A DNA stretch of 64,000 bases from an uncultured Pseudomonadales bacterium (GTDB lineage: Bacteria; Patescibacteriota; Microgenomatia; UBA1400; MFAQ01): positions 8,597-72,596 of the forward strand of contig CAZARR010000002.1 in assembly GCA_964487665.1 (NCBI GenBank), in the 5' to 3' direction. The notes below the pieces were generated by a model. The model worked only from the letters and a program-made list of their open reading frames with translations. It did no database searches and was not told the DNA's origin. The position numbers and the translations under genes are program-made. Positions 27,309-37,600 of this stretch are shown here, one piece after another (the stretch's first letter is position 1; each line of letters begins with the position of its first letter).

Positions 27309-29645
27309 TCACTCTGATACTTTCGACTCCTTTGGTACTACTTCAATCTCACATGCTCCAGAAACACAAGCAAGTTCCTGAGCCGCCTTAGTATAATCTT
27401 CCTCCTCGTAACGGTAAAGTTTAGAGAAGTCGATATTGGGGAAACTTCCGAACAACCCCTCGAATTCCTCACGTGCTATCTCTTGATACGGCATCTGGGC
27501 GTACTTGGCATCATAGGCTGGCAAAAATGACATCCCCCCAATAAGATCTCTGTGCTCCCAAACCCACTTAATCAAGTCAATCATTTCATCGGGGTGATAG
27601 GTGATCGTGACACTGGGATTATGTTCCGTCCAGTGTAGTTTATTTTGTAACCAATAGGTACATTGTTCAATCGCAGTTCTATCCTTTCGAACAATTGCCC
27701 CTTCGGGGGATTTAATCGGAAAGTGTATCACCCACGTGTTAGCCGAATCCGCATCCTGTCCGTTTTCCGGATCCATTGGCACACCGGCATCGCGTAAAAC
27801 CTTAAAAATCGGCGTGTGTGTCCCCACTCGTACGTTTCGAATATAATAATCGGACCAACGGGGATGTATCCCCGAAGCGCAATCAAACAATTGCGAAGAG
27901 TTTCCCGATGGTTTTACGCAAGTCACCGCGCTGGACTGATTTATTCCCAACATTTGAGCATAAGTTCGATTTGTCTCGATTGCTACCTGTCGCAATCGAT
28001 TCTGAACCGCACTATCCTGAGCCACTCGGCTATCAAGTTGCCCGTTAATATCCACACCCAGAAGCCTCTCTTCTTCGCAATTCTGTTTCCAGGTTGACCT
28101 AAGACCGGGAAAATTTGTTGCCATTGACTGAATAGTCCCAATAATTGTGGCCATTTCCACCTTATCTTTTAGGCTTTCGTAGGTATCATCTTTTCTGGCA
28201 ATGGTTATGCTTAAATTACATAGTTGCCATGGACGCAAAATTATTTCCCCACAAGGATTTGTGCCAAAATCCGCCTCCAATCTGCGAGCCGGTCGCATAT
28301 TTATTGCTGCCTGCCGATTAAAAATTCCCGGCTCCCCCCGCCCATTTCTGACCATCTCTAGCATCTGTCCAGTTAACTCAGCTTGAGTAATTCCACTTGC
28401 TGGCCACACCACCGAGTTATTTGCGTTCCATCTTTGACTATTATCCAACTCAAAATTTCCATTCTTGCAATTAAGCATTTCCTCATCACCCCAGTCAAAA
28501 AGTGAAATCATCGCTGTCCTTCGCATTCCCCCCGACACCGCCGCGTTACCCACCTCGCACATAATATCGTGAGCATCTATCGTCCGCAAAAAACTACCCT
28601 GCCTCAACAAAACCCTCGCGCGCACGAAATCCAACATCTGTCGTAGTGGATCAGGACCAGACGCGCGGCCACCCTTAATCTTTAATATTGCCCCCGCCGG
28701 TCTGATTGCTGAAAAATCAAACACCACATCGCCCCCTTCCAACCAAGTCGACAGACCCAATCGCAAGGAGTCACCCCACCCCTCAGTGGTATCTTCAACC
28801 ACGTGAGTTTTTGCCATTGAACCAGTCTGTCTCCTAACTCTTGGCAGGTTCTCAACATATTTACTCTCAACTGAAAAGCCAACGCCACAACCATTCATTG
28901 AGATAATCAAGGCCTCAACAAAAGAGTCAATACTCTCAACTGGTTGGTATGAACAGTTATATATGGCAATATTGTTTCTTCTTGCAGCCTGCCCTGCCAT
29001 AGCCAAAAGCCTCATTGACGGAGCTACTTTCATGTCCAATATCGACTGTCTTATTTGTTTATAAGTTTTTGAAGGAAGACGAGATTGTGACAATTCTTTC
29101 AAAAACCCCACCGCTCTATCTACAGTTTCCACCCACGTCTCACGGCGTCCTAATTCGTAATTAAACCTGGAATACTTATCAAAAAACTGAAACTTCTGCA
29201 CCGGAGAGGCAAAATAGACATCCGACTGGGCAAATGCCTGCTGAACCTCCCTGGGAACTGGCCTAGCCTCTCTCAGTTTTGCATGCTCAGCCCTATACAA
29301 AATATAACTTTTTGCTGCCTCGAACTCACCGGCAGCCTGCAGTACAATTTCCACAGCATCCTGTACCTGCTCAACAGTAGGTTGGACGTATTTAGCTCCG
29401 ATTATGTTCACCACCCTGCGAGCCAGCGCTGAAATTGTAACCCGGGGAGACTTCCCCAATCCCTCATAACACTTACTTAGTGCGACTTTGATCTTTGTCA
29501 CCTCAAATGGCACTATTCGGCCGTCCCTTTTCTTAATAGTTTTCGGCATTTGTACCTTTTCCTTGGTCTTTACCTTCACCACACCCTTTATCGGTCCTGC
29601 TGTAATCCCCGACACGTTTGTGCTAACTAACATTGTTTCCGACAT
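27309..29645 (-). CDS. nrdJ: class II (AdoCbl-dependent) ribonucleotide reductase with N-terminal ATP cone
   Basis: IKKRDGRIVPF ATP cone, YNCS, GTNPCGEI..CNLS, TCVKPSG, C-terminal CVSGAC; SD AAGGAGGA upstream. Confidence 0.9.
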   Translation of the reverse strand: MSETMLVSTNVSGITAGPIKGVVKVKTKEKVQMPKTIKKRDGRIVPFEVTKIKVALSKCYEGLGKSPRVTISALARRVVNIIGAKYVQPTVEQVQDAVEIVLQAAGEFEAAKSYILYRAEHAKLREARPVPREVQQAFAQSDVYFASPVQKFQFFDKYSRFNYELGRRETWVETVDRAVGFLKELSQSRLPSKTYKQIRQSILDMKVAPSMRLLAMAGQAARRNNIAIYNCSYQPVESIDSFVEALIISMNGCGVGFSVESKYVENLPRVRRQTGSMAKTHVVEDTTEGWGDSLRLGLSTWLEGGDVVFDFSAIRPAGAILKIKGGRASGPDPLRQMLDFVRARVLLRQGSFLRTIDAHDIMCEVGNAAVSGGMRRTAMISLFDWGDEEMLNCKNGNFELDNSQRWNANNSVVWPASGITQAELTGQMLEMVRNGRGEPGIFNRQAAINMRPARRLEADFGTNPCGEIILRPWQLCNLSITIARKDDTYESLKDKVEMATIIGTIQSMATNFPGLRSTWKQNCEEERLLGVDINGQLDSRVAQDSAVQNRLRQVAIETNRTYAQMLGINQSSAVTCVKPSGNSSQLFDCASGIHPRWSDYYIRNVRVGTHTPIFKVLRDAGVPMDPENGQDADSANTWVIHFPIKSPEGAIVRKDRTAIEQCTYWLQNKLHWTEHNPSVTITYHPDEMIDLIKWVWEHRDLIGGMSFLPAYDAKYAQMPYQEIAREEFEGLFGSFPNIDFSKLYRYEEEDYTKAAQELACVSGACEIEVVPKESKVSE

Positions 29646-30099
29646 TTATTCCTCCTTGTAAATTTTTTATTAATGAGAGCAAATCGTTAGCCGAATTAAT
29701 ATCCAAATAAACACTGGCAAACCTCAAATAAGCCACATCATCCAGTTTCTTTAATCTCGTCAGTACCATCCGCCCAATATCCGAACTGGGGACGCGGGTC
29801 GTCTGTCTGTTTAGTAACTTTATCTCGATATCATCAACCAAAATTTCAATGTCTTTGTCCTCCACCGGACGTTTCCAACAGGCCTTCTTTACTCCCTTGA
29901 CAATCTTATCCCGGTCAAAATCCTCCAAAACCCCGCTACGTTTAATCACTTTCAAATCTATTCGGGCAACTTTCTCATACGTTGTAAATCTCTTTTTACA
30001 TTTCTTGCACTCACGCCTACGCCTCAAGGTCGCCTCGTCTTCAACCACACGACTCTCCAAAACACTTGTTTCTTGAGTATTGCAAAATGGGCAGTGCAT
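29623..30099 (-). CDS. nrdR: transcriptional repressor NrdR
   Basis: MHCPFC..VLESR..RRRRECKKCKKRFTTYE, ATP cone, VAYLRFASVY; ATG 30099. Confidence 0.96.
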   Translation of the reverse strand: MHCPFCNTQETSVLESRVVEDEATLRRRRECKKCKKRFTTYEKVARIDLKVIKRSGVLEDFDRDKIVKGVKKACWKRPVEDKDIEILVDDIEIKLLNRQTTRVPSSDIGRMVLTRLKKLDDVAYLRFASVYLDINSANDLLSLIKNLQGGINVGNNVS

Positions 30100-30129
30100 A
30101 TTATTTTTAGTAGCAGTGTAAAACATAAA

Positions 30130-30145
30130 ACACTACCGGTAGTAT
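30130..30145. promoter_or_regulatory. candidate NrdR box (ACACTACCGGTAGTAT)
   Basis: 16-bp near-palindrome upstream of nrdR-nrdJ; flanks fit acaCwA....TwGtgt but the centre is CCGG. Confidence 0.4.
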
Positions 30146-30173
30146 TGCAACCGATTAAAACTACATCAAAATC

Positions 30174-30767
30174 TTAGAGAGTAATTGACAGCCAAGCCCA
30201 AACAGCCACAATGCTTGCAACTAAATTATTAGTTGTCAAGAAAAGCCAAGACGCTACCATACCAATTGATGCTGCCACCGATACCAAAATCAACGATTCA
30301 CCCACGCTCATACCGTAAACAAACAAGGCTATCGGCATCCGGACCAATCCGAATATCATTCCACTTGCAACCATCGCGATACCCTTCCCAAACCTACTCG
30401 ACCACACCTGGGCAAAATAACCCGCAAACACCAAACACTCCACAATTGCGGTAGCCAAAGACACCCCAATAATCTCAAGGCTACTTTTAGCCAAAACCTT
30501 ACCATTTGCCAGGCTAACCACCAACCAGTACAACAATCCCACCGCAAACCCCATTAATAGAGCCCTGACCACTCGACCTTTAAACACCCCGTTAGGCCCC
30601 AGATTCGCCACGCTTAACCACCACAAAGGCATCAACCACAGTACTGGTTTAAACCACAGCTCTTCAATCGCTTCTGGCAAATGCACATAATAACGAAACA
30701 AACTCCAAACAACCAACAAGTAGACAAGATATACATAACTGACCTTTATACGGGACAAACTAGCCAC
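30174..30767 (-). CDS. CPBP/Abi family membrane protein, catalytic motifs degenerate
   Basis: Multi-TM; IVECLVFAG, FGLVR, SIVAV align to EExxxR, FxxxH, HxxxN. Confidence 0.6.
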   Translation of the reverse strand: MASLSRIKVSYVYLVYLLVVWSLFRYYVHLPEAIEELWFKPVLWLMPLWWLSVANLGPNGVFKGRVVRALLMGFAVGLLYWLVVSLANGKVLAKSSLEIIGVSLATAIVECLVFAGYFAQVWSSRFGKGIAMVASGMIFGLVRMPIALFVYGMSVGESLILVSVAASIGMVASWLFLTTNNLVASIVAVWAWLSITL

Positions 30768-30806
30768 ACCATCATACTATCATAATCACATATATAATTA
30801 TCAAAG

Positions 30807-33140
30807 GTGACAAAGAGAAAAATCATCCTATTGGTCGCATGCATTTTCATCGTCGTGGTGGCGACAATAGGTTTATTTATTTTTCTTTTGTTCAAAGACG
30901 TTCCCAACCCCCAGAAACTTACCAAATCTCCCGCTCCTGTGAGCACTCAAATATTTGATAGAAACAGCAAATTGCTCTATGAAGTTTATGTGGATCAAAA
31001 CCGCCTTCCTGTAAATATCAATGACGTACCAGATTACCTAAAAAAAGCTACCGTATCAATCGAAGACAAAAATTTTTATAAACATCATGGCCTGGACACG
31101 CGCGGAATATTACGCGCGGCTTTCAAATTAGCTACCGGCGGTCGCCTTGAGGGTGGTTCTACCATTACCCAACAATTAGTCAAGGTCGCTATCCTTTCCG
31201 ACAACCGGCGTACTGTCACTAGAAAAATTCGCGAGGCAGGACTAGCTATTTTTACCGAAATTCTTTATTCCAAAGATCAAATTCTCGAACTCTACCTCAA
31301 TCACGCCCCTTATGGAGGTACGGCTTATGGAATCGAAGCTGCATCAAAGGTATTTTTTGGAAAAACCTCCAAGGATCTTAATCTGGCCGAATCTGCCCTT
31401 TTGGCCGGACTACCCCAATCACCCACCAAATATTCCCCTTTTGGTGCCAACCCAGAGCTAGCCATAAATCGACAACACTTAGTTTTAGATCAAATGGCTC
31501 AGGACGGATATATCACCAAAGAACAAGCCGAGGAGGCAAAAAACCTTCCCCTGCATTTTGCTAACAATACCAAGTCTATCAAGGCACCCCACTTCTCGCT
31601 TATGGTCCGTGACCTTTTGGTGGATCGATACGGTGAAGATCGTGTTAATCTCGGTGGGCTTAAAGTGACAACCACTCTCGATCTTGATCTTCAGGAATAT
31701 GCCCAAGCCACTGTCAGTAGCGAAATAAACAAGGTTAAAAAATACAAAATTTCTAACGGAGCCTCCCTTATTACCCGTCCAAAAACCGGGGAGATACTCG
31801 CGATGGTTGGTTCAAAAGACTATTTCAGCTCTGATATCGATGGTAACGTCAACCTCACCACTCGTCTCCGCCAACCGGGAAGTTCAATTAAGCCAATTAA
31901 TTACGCTGTCGGACTACTTCGCGGATGGACAGCGAGCACCATGTACTTAGACATCCCTACTTGTTTTAGTGTCACCAACCAAAAACAATATTGCCCCAAG
32001 AACTACGACAACTCATTTCACGGACCAGTGCAAATGCGCTTTGCTTTAGGCAACTCCTACAATATTCCCGCCGTCAAGCAGCTAGCCCTTAACGGAATCG
32101 ACAGTTTTATCGCCACTGCCAGTGCTATGGGGATAACCACCTGGACAGATCCGAGCCGATACGGTCTATCTCTAACCCTTGGTGGCGGTGAGGTTACCAT
32201 GAGCGATATGTCTACCGCATTCGGTACCTTTGCCAATGCCGGAGTTACCGTTCCGCTAAATCCGATACTGAAAGTCGAAACATACAACGGAGAGGTATTA
32301 GAAGAAAACCGACCCAACGATCTTGCCGACGTCGTAAACACCTTGCCTCAAGAATGGTCTGACTTCTGGCAAAAGAGGAGTGAAATCGCCTCTGATATTT
32401 CTTACCAGTGCACTCAGTACAACCACCAATGCCTTCGTGTCTCACTCCCCGAAGGAGTCGCTTATATTATTTCTCACATTCTTCTCGACAACAACGCACG
32501 CACCGGAGCCTTTGGGCCCAACAGTCAACTCCTAATCCCCAACAAAAGTGTCTCAGTAAAAACTGGTACAACCAACGACCTACGGGACAACTGGACTATC
32601 GGATTTACACCTGACATTCTCGTTGCAACTTGGGTTGGCAACAACGATAACACACCAATGAGTTATGTCGCCTCCGGAGTCACGGGTGCATCATCAATCT
32701 GGCAAGCTCTTATGAGACGCGCGCTTAAACAACAGCCAGACCACTTTCCCAAACAACCAAACGACGTAGAAAGTAAAGTCATTTGTGCCAATACTGGGCT
32801 TGTTCCCAATGACCCCAATTCATGCCCAACAAGAACCGAACTATTTATCAAGGGTGTGTATCCACCCAATCAAATTCCCGAGAGAAAGCAAATTTGGGTG
32901 CGAAGATCCGATAAATACCCCCTATTACCCGGGGATACCACCGTTGACCTTGACCTCGAAGAACACACTATTATCAACGATCCGTTTACCCACGACTTTT
33001 GCCTCGACTGTACTTATCCTGTAAATGATAAGGGGACAACTCAATGGCCCACTTACAATATCAACTACGACACTTTTCGCATGTCCCCGCCATCTCCTCG
33101 AGACTACCTTGTCCTAGGCACCCCCACGCCCCAACCGTGA
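30807..33140 (+). CDS. class A penicillin-binding protein (PBP1A family)
   Basis: EDKNFYKHHG, GGSTITQQLVK, RKIRE, QPGSSIKP, SYN, KTGT. Confidence 0.95.
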   Translation: MTKRKIILLVACIFIVVVATIGLFIFLLFKDVPNPQKLTKSPAPVSTQIFDRNSKLLYEVYVDQNRLPVNINDVPDYLKKATVSIEDKNFYKHHGLDTRGILRAAFKLATGGRLEGGSTITQQLVKVAILSDNRRTVTRKIREAGLAIFTEILYSKDQILELYLNHAPYGGTAYGIEAASKVFFGKTSKDLNLAESALLAGLPQSPTKYSPFGANPELAINRQHLVLDQMAQDGYITKEQAEEAKNLPLHFANNTKSIKAPHFSLMVRDLLVDRYGEDRVNLGGLKVTTTLDLDLQEYAQATVSSEINKVKKYKISNGASLITRPKTGEILAMVGSKDYFSSDIDGNVNLTTRLRQPGSSIKPINYAVGLLRGWTASTMYLDIPTCFSVTNQKQYCPKNYDNSFHGPVQMRFALGNSYNIPAVKQLALNGIDSFIATASAMGITTWTDPSRYGLSLTLGGGEVTMSDMSTAFGTFANAGVTVPLNPILKVETYNGEVLEENRPNDLADVVNTLPQEWSDFWQKRSEIASDISYQCTQYNHQCLRVSLPEGVAYIISHILLDNNARTGAFGPNSQLLIPNKSVSVKTGTTNDLRDNWTIGFTPDILVATWVGNNDNTPMSYVASGVTGASSIWQALMRRALKQQPDHFPKQPNDVESKVICANTGLVPNDPNSCPTRTELFIKGVYPPNQIPERKQIWVRRSDKYPLLPGDTTVDLDLEEHTIINDPFTHDFCLDCTYPVNDKGTTQWPTYNINYDTFRMSPPSPRDYLVLGTPTPQP

Positions 33141-34312
33141 ACAGAACATTGGCCCTGGCGACTTCGATACTTTTATCTATAGTCCTCCTCAGTCTGGTTG
33201 TGGTCTACAAAGTTCTACCCACCCTACCTCTACTTTCACCATCCGCTGTAATTTCGGATCTAGAGAATATGTTCAACTCCCGCTCCAATCAATTTCAAGT
33301 TTACGGATTTTTACCATTTTGGACACTTAATATGGTCGACACCACAGACCTTAAATCACTCACCCATCTAATATATTTCGGCATCGAAATTTCCTCTGAC
33401 GGGACACTAAAGTCAAACCTGAACAAAAAAGAATTAGAACCTGGCTGGGTTCAATTAAATTCTGCGAGTCTCAAAAAACTTCGCACCAATTTCCCTAACC
33501 GCAGTATTATCGTCGTCCGTAATATGAATTCGCAAGACATTGAGTCAATACTCAATAACCGCCAAGCATTTGAGCTATCCATCGAACAAATTATCAATCT
33601 TGTCAAAGTCAACAAATATCAAGGTGTCAATATTGACTTCGAGTCCTCAGATAGCTTTTCTCCAGAAACCCAAACCAACTTCACCAAGTGGATTTCCAAA
33701 CTGGTTGATGTCTGCCACTCCCAAGTTAAACATTGTGAGGTTAGTATCGACATTAATGCTGACTCCGCAGCCAAAGACCGTCTTTACCAACTAAAACCAT
33801 TAGGGTTAATAGCCGACAGGATCATTGTCATGGCATACGATTTTTACTATCGAAACAGCACCAAGTCAGGCCCTGTTGCTCCGTTAACCGGCAAGTGTAA
33901 AACACCAGAACAGATTAACTGCCTGGACTACGATATCAAGACAGCTATTTCTGATATCAGCCGTAGTGTTTCCCCCCATAAATTGATTTTAGGTATTCCA
34001 ACTTATGGCTATCTATGGACTACCACTGATGATTCCTTTCTATCAAATACGACGAGTCGCGGAGTATTTATAAGCCAAAGAGACATAGCGGCCTTGTTTA
34101 ATTCAGACAGCCCCCCAATTGCTTCATGGTCAGCACACACGCTAACTCCATACGCCATCATCAGGGAGAAAAAAGTTGTCAAACAAATTCACTACGAAAA
34201 TTCGCAATCAATTCAGGAAAAAATTAGATTCGCCCAAGCTAATGGCTTGGCAGGCATTGCCTATTGGGCGATTGGCTATCAAGAGCAATCCTTTTTGCCC
34301 CTTTTACCCTAG
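33137..34312 (+). CDS. membrane-anchored glycoside hydrolase family 18
   Basis: GVNIDFE, VMAYDF, GPVAP, LGIPTYG, GIAYWAIG; GTG 33137 overlaps the PBP stop. Confidence 0.88.
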   Translation: MNRTLALATSILLSIVLLSLVVVYKVLPTLPLLSPSAVISDLENMFNSRSNQFQVYGFLPFWTLNMVDTTDLKSLTHLIYFGIEISSDGTLKSNLNKKELEPGWVQLNSASLKKLRTNFPNRSIIVVRNMNSQDIESILNNRQAFELSIEQIINLVKVNKYQGVNIDFESSDSFSPETQTNFTKWISKLVDVCHSQVKHCEVSIDINADSAAKDRLYQLKPLGLIADRIIVMAYDFYYRNSTKSGPVAPLTGKCKTPEQINCLDYDIKTAISDISRSVSPHKLILGIPTYGYLWTTTDDSFLSNTTSRGVFISQRDIAALFNSDSPPIASWSAHTLTPYAIIREKKVVKQIHYENSQSIQEKIRFAQANGLAGIAYWAIGYQEQSFLPLLP

Positions 34313-34337
34313 GTCAACGCTTGCTATTATATTCTCA

Positions 34338-36467
34338 ATGCCAGATACAACGATTTCTGGTTCAAAATTCAATAAATTAAACAAGTTACTATATCTCATC
34401 GGTCACCCATTTTTTCCGATACTTGTTTTTGTTATTCTAAAGTTAGCCAATACTTTTCACATAGTAAATCGTAGACGTCTAATTGCAACTCTATTCGTAA
34501 TTGCCATCACTCTCATATTCACCACTCAACTTAGACAACTAATTGTTAACCTGCCCAATCCGGAAAACCTCAAGTCAAAACCCCCCTTGCTTTCAACTAA
34601 AATTTTCGATCGACATGGCAACTTGCTCTACACTTTTTATAATTTAGAAAACCGCTCTTTGATAGAGCTTTCGGACTTGCCAAACTACGTACCCTTAACT
34701 TTCATCGCTATAGAGGACAAAAATTTCTACAAGCATAGGGGAATTTCGATCACAGGCATATTTAGAGCAGCCAGGAACAATCTACTCAAATCAGAATCTT
34801 TGCAGGGGGGATCAACCATAACTCAACAGCTTGTTAAAAACAGCCTTCTCACCAAAGATAAAACCTGGCAAAGAAAACTCAAAGAAATAATCCTCGCCGT
34901 TTTGGTGGAGAGACGGTATTCAAAACAAGACATTATTGAAATGTATCTCAATCAGGTTAATTTTGGCGGCCCAATCTATGGAATCGAAGAAGCTTCGCAA
35001 CAATATTTCGGTATTCCCGCCCGAAACCTCTCTCTTGCCCAGTCTGCCTTCCTAGCTGGTCTTCCCAAAGCTCCCACCTTGTTTTCTCCCTACGCAGATA
35101 ACTCTAGTGATCCCAAACAAAGACAGGTAACCATTCTTAATCGAATGCACGAACTCAAACTGGTAAGCGATGACGCTTATCAAAGCGCAATCCAACAGAC
35201 AATCATCATCAAACCCAATCAAAGAAAAATTATCGCTCCTCACTTTGTTATGTATATATACGATCTTTTAAAAGAAAACTTCTCCGAAAGTATAGTCCGG
35301 GAGGGAGGGCTTCGGGTTTATACGACACTTGACCAGAATATTCAGCAACTTGCCCAAGACGAAATTAACCAGGAGATTACCAATCTTGGCAAAAAATATC
35401 ATGTCAACAACGGAGCTTCACTGGTAATAAATCCTGCCACAGGGGAATTGTTAGCTATGGTTGGCTCGCTAAATTACTTTGACACCAAGATCGATGGACA
35501 GGTAAACCTCACCACAGCCCTCCGCCAACCTGGAAGTACCGTCAAACCGATTAATTACTCTCTAGCCCTCGAGTCAGGGATGACACCGGCATCCACCATC
35601 GAAGATCGGCCCATACAGATAAAACTGGATGATGGAACTACCTGGGTACCCAAAAATTATGACAATCGCTTTCATGGACCCCTGACCCTACGTAGCGCGC
35701 TAGCAAATTCATACAATATTCCAGCCATCAACACACTCTCAAAGTTTGGTCCAACACAAATGGCAAGCTTAGCAAAAGAGATGGGTCTTACCAGCTGGAA
35801 CAACCCGAATCGTTTTGGTCTATCGATAACCTTAGGAGCGCTCGAAACAAGTCTCCTCCAACTTTCTCAAGCCTACTCGGTTTTCGCAAATTACGGTAAA
35901 CAAATCCCCATTATTTCCATCACCAAGATTACCGACAGCCAAAATCGAGAGTTAACAATTAGCCCATGTAAACTCGCCCACCTGCCAGATAACTGTTTTG
36001 GTAAACAAATTATCAGCCCAGAAACTTCGTACACTATTACAGATATCCTTTCCGATAATTACGCACGAGCAAAAGCATTTGGTTTAAATTCTGTTCTCAA
36101 TACATCCCCACTAAGAACAATGGTTAAAACCGGAACAAGCAACAATTTAAGGGACAACTGGACCATTGGCTTTACACCAGATATTCTCGTTGCCACTTGG
36201 GTGGGAAACAATGACAACACCCCAATGAATGCAATTGCATCAGGAATAACTGGAGCCTCACCCATTTGGAATAGATTAATAACGAAACTCGCCAACCCGG
36301 CAACCCCCTGGTTTACTCCCCCTTCGAATCTTGCCAGAATCTTTTATTGCCCGGCCACCAATTCACAGGCTTGCCCAGACTGTCAAAACCGATATGAATA
36401 CTTTAGTGTCGACAAAAAACCTCGTCCCTGTCCTCCAAAAACTCAACAAGTAACTCAGAACTCGTAA
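34338..36467 (+). CDS. second class A penicillin-binding protein
   Basis: EDKNFYKHRG, GGSTITQQLVK, RKLKE, QPGSTVKP, SYN, KTGT; ATG 34338 with TATTAT 7 nt upstream. Confidence 0.94.
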   Translation: MPDTTISGSKFNKLNKLLYLIGHPFFPILVFVILKLANTFHIVNRRRLIATLFVIAITLIFTTQLRQLIVNLPNPENLKSKPPLLSTKIFDRHGNLLYTFYNLENRSLIELSDLPNYVPLTFIAIEDKNFYKHRGISITGIFRAARNNLLKSESLQGGSTITQQLVKNSLLTKDKTWQRKLKEIILAVLVERRYSKQDIIEMYLNQVNFGGPIYGIEEASQQYFGIPARNLSLAQSAFLAGLPKAPTLFSPYADNSSDPKQRQVTILNRMHELKLVSDDAYQSAIQQTIIIKPNQRKIIAPHFVMYIYDLLKENFSESIVREGGLRVYTTLDQNIQQLAQDEINQEITNLGKKYHVNNGASLVINPATGELLAMVGSLNYFDTKIDGQVNLTTALRQPGSTVKPINYSLALESGMTPASTIEDRPIQIKLDDGTTWVPKNYDNRFHGPLTLRSALANSYNIPAINTLSKFGPTQMASLAKEMGLTSWNNPNRFGLSITLGALETSLLQLSQAYSVFANYGKQIPIISITKITDSQNRELTISPCKLAHLPDNCFGKQIISPETSYTITDILSDNYARAKAFGLNSVLNTSPLRTMVKTGTSNNLRDNWTIGFTPDILVATWVGNNDNTPMNAIASGITGASPIWNRLITKLANPATPWFTPPSNLARIFYCPATNSQACPDCQNRYEYFSVDKKPRPCPPKTQQVTQNS

Positions 36468-36631
36468 ATCTTAGTCGACCCCCACCCAAAACTCCAATAG
36501 AAAAAGATGCTGACCAAGAAACTAATTATCAAAACCAAAACTACCCACCTTTTATCAGAACTTTTAACTTCTTTCTCAAGCTGCCTATCCTTTTTCTTCT
36601 CGTTATTTATTTCCTGCTCAATTTCTGCCAT
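36455..36631 (-). CDS. small single-pass membrane protein (58 aa, not in ORF track)
   Basis: MAEIEQEINNEKKKDRQLEKEVKSSDKRWVVLVLIISFLVSIFFYWSFGWGSTKIYEF; fills the gap and overlaps the upstream gene end. Confidence 0.6.
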   Translation of the reverse strand: MAEIEQEINNEKKKDRQLEKEVKSSDKRWVVLVLIISFLVSIFFYWSFGWGSTKIYEF

Positions 36632-37590
36632 GCGTCACTATTTACTATATTTTCCGGGCACTTTCCGGCAAGCACTTTCTTCACCCCATCAACTACTAGT
36701 TGAGACATTTGAACCCTAGCCTCCATAGTTGCCGAAGCAATGTGTGGAGTAAGCACCACATTTGGAATCGACCTCAATTTGACCCCGACTTCTGTCTCAT
36801 TTTCGTAGACATCCAAACCAGCTCCCGCAAGTTTTCCATGACTCAAAGCCCTAACCAAGGCATCCTCATCCAGTACACCTCCCCTCGAAGTATTTATTAC
36901 TATGGCACTAGGTTTCATCAATCGCAGCTGCTTCTCACCTACCATTTTTCTGGTTTCATCTGTCAATGGTACTGACAAACTGATCACATCCGAATGTTGT
37001 AACAGGTTATTAAATCCCACGTACTTGACCCCCAGCTCATACTCACACTCCTCATCCCGATTTCTGCAATAATAGATCACTTTCATGCCCAGCCCCATTG
37101 CCAATCGGGCCGTCCATTTGCCGATCCTGCCTAAACCAATTATCCCCATGGTTTTACCACGTATACCCATCCCGACTAACAAGTCTGGTTCCCACCCCTT
37201 ATATTTTCCGCTGCGTACCAATCGGTCCCCCTCAACCAGTCGTCGGGCCACAGCTAATGTTAGCGCCATCACATGCTCGGCCACTGCCTCTACCAATACC
37301 CCAGGTGTGTTGACCACGGCTATCCCCCGGGAGGTCGCAGCACCAATATCAACATTGTCGAATCCTACGGCGTAATTTCCCACCACTCTTAAACTCATCC
37401 CGGCTCTATCCATTACCTCAGCGTCTATTCTCTCCGTCAACATGCTAATTATTGCCGACACTCCCCGAACCTTTTCCAACAAATCCTTTCGAGAGATATC
37501 CCTTTTTGGCCAAACATCAAGATCGTAATTTGCAAATGCCTTAGCAAGATCCATACCCACCAGCTTATGAGTTACAAATATTCGCGCCAT
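36607..37590 (-). CDS. D-2-hydroxyacid dehydrogenase (glyoxylate reductase/D-glycerate dehydrogenase-like)
   Basis: NYAVGFDNVD, NTPGVL, GIIGLGRIG, INTSRG, LDVYENE, TPHIAS. Confidence 0.93.
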   Translation of the reverse strand: MARIFVTHKLVGMDLAKAFANYDLDVWPKRDISRKDLLEKVRGVSAIISMLTERIDAEVMDRAGMSLRVVGNYAVGFDNVDIGAATSRGIAVVNTPGVLVEAVAEHVMALTLAVARRLVEGDRLVRSGKYKGWEPDLLVGMGIRGKTMGIIGLGRIGKWTARLAMGLGMKVIYYCRNRDEECEYELGVKYVGFNNLLQHSDVISLSVPLTDETRKMVGEKQLRLMKPSAIVINTSRGGVLDEDALVRALSHGKLAGAGLDVYENETEVGVKLRSIPNVVLTPHIASATMEARVQMSQLVVDGVKKVLAGKCPENIVNSDAWQKLSRK

Positions 37591-37600
37591 CCTATATAGT

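Noticed and set aside
32576-36228. Gene conversion between the two PBPs
   Set aside because: The identical peptide stretch differs at many synonymous positions, consistent with protein-level conservation.
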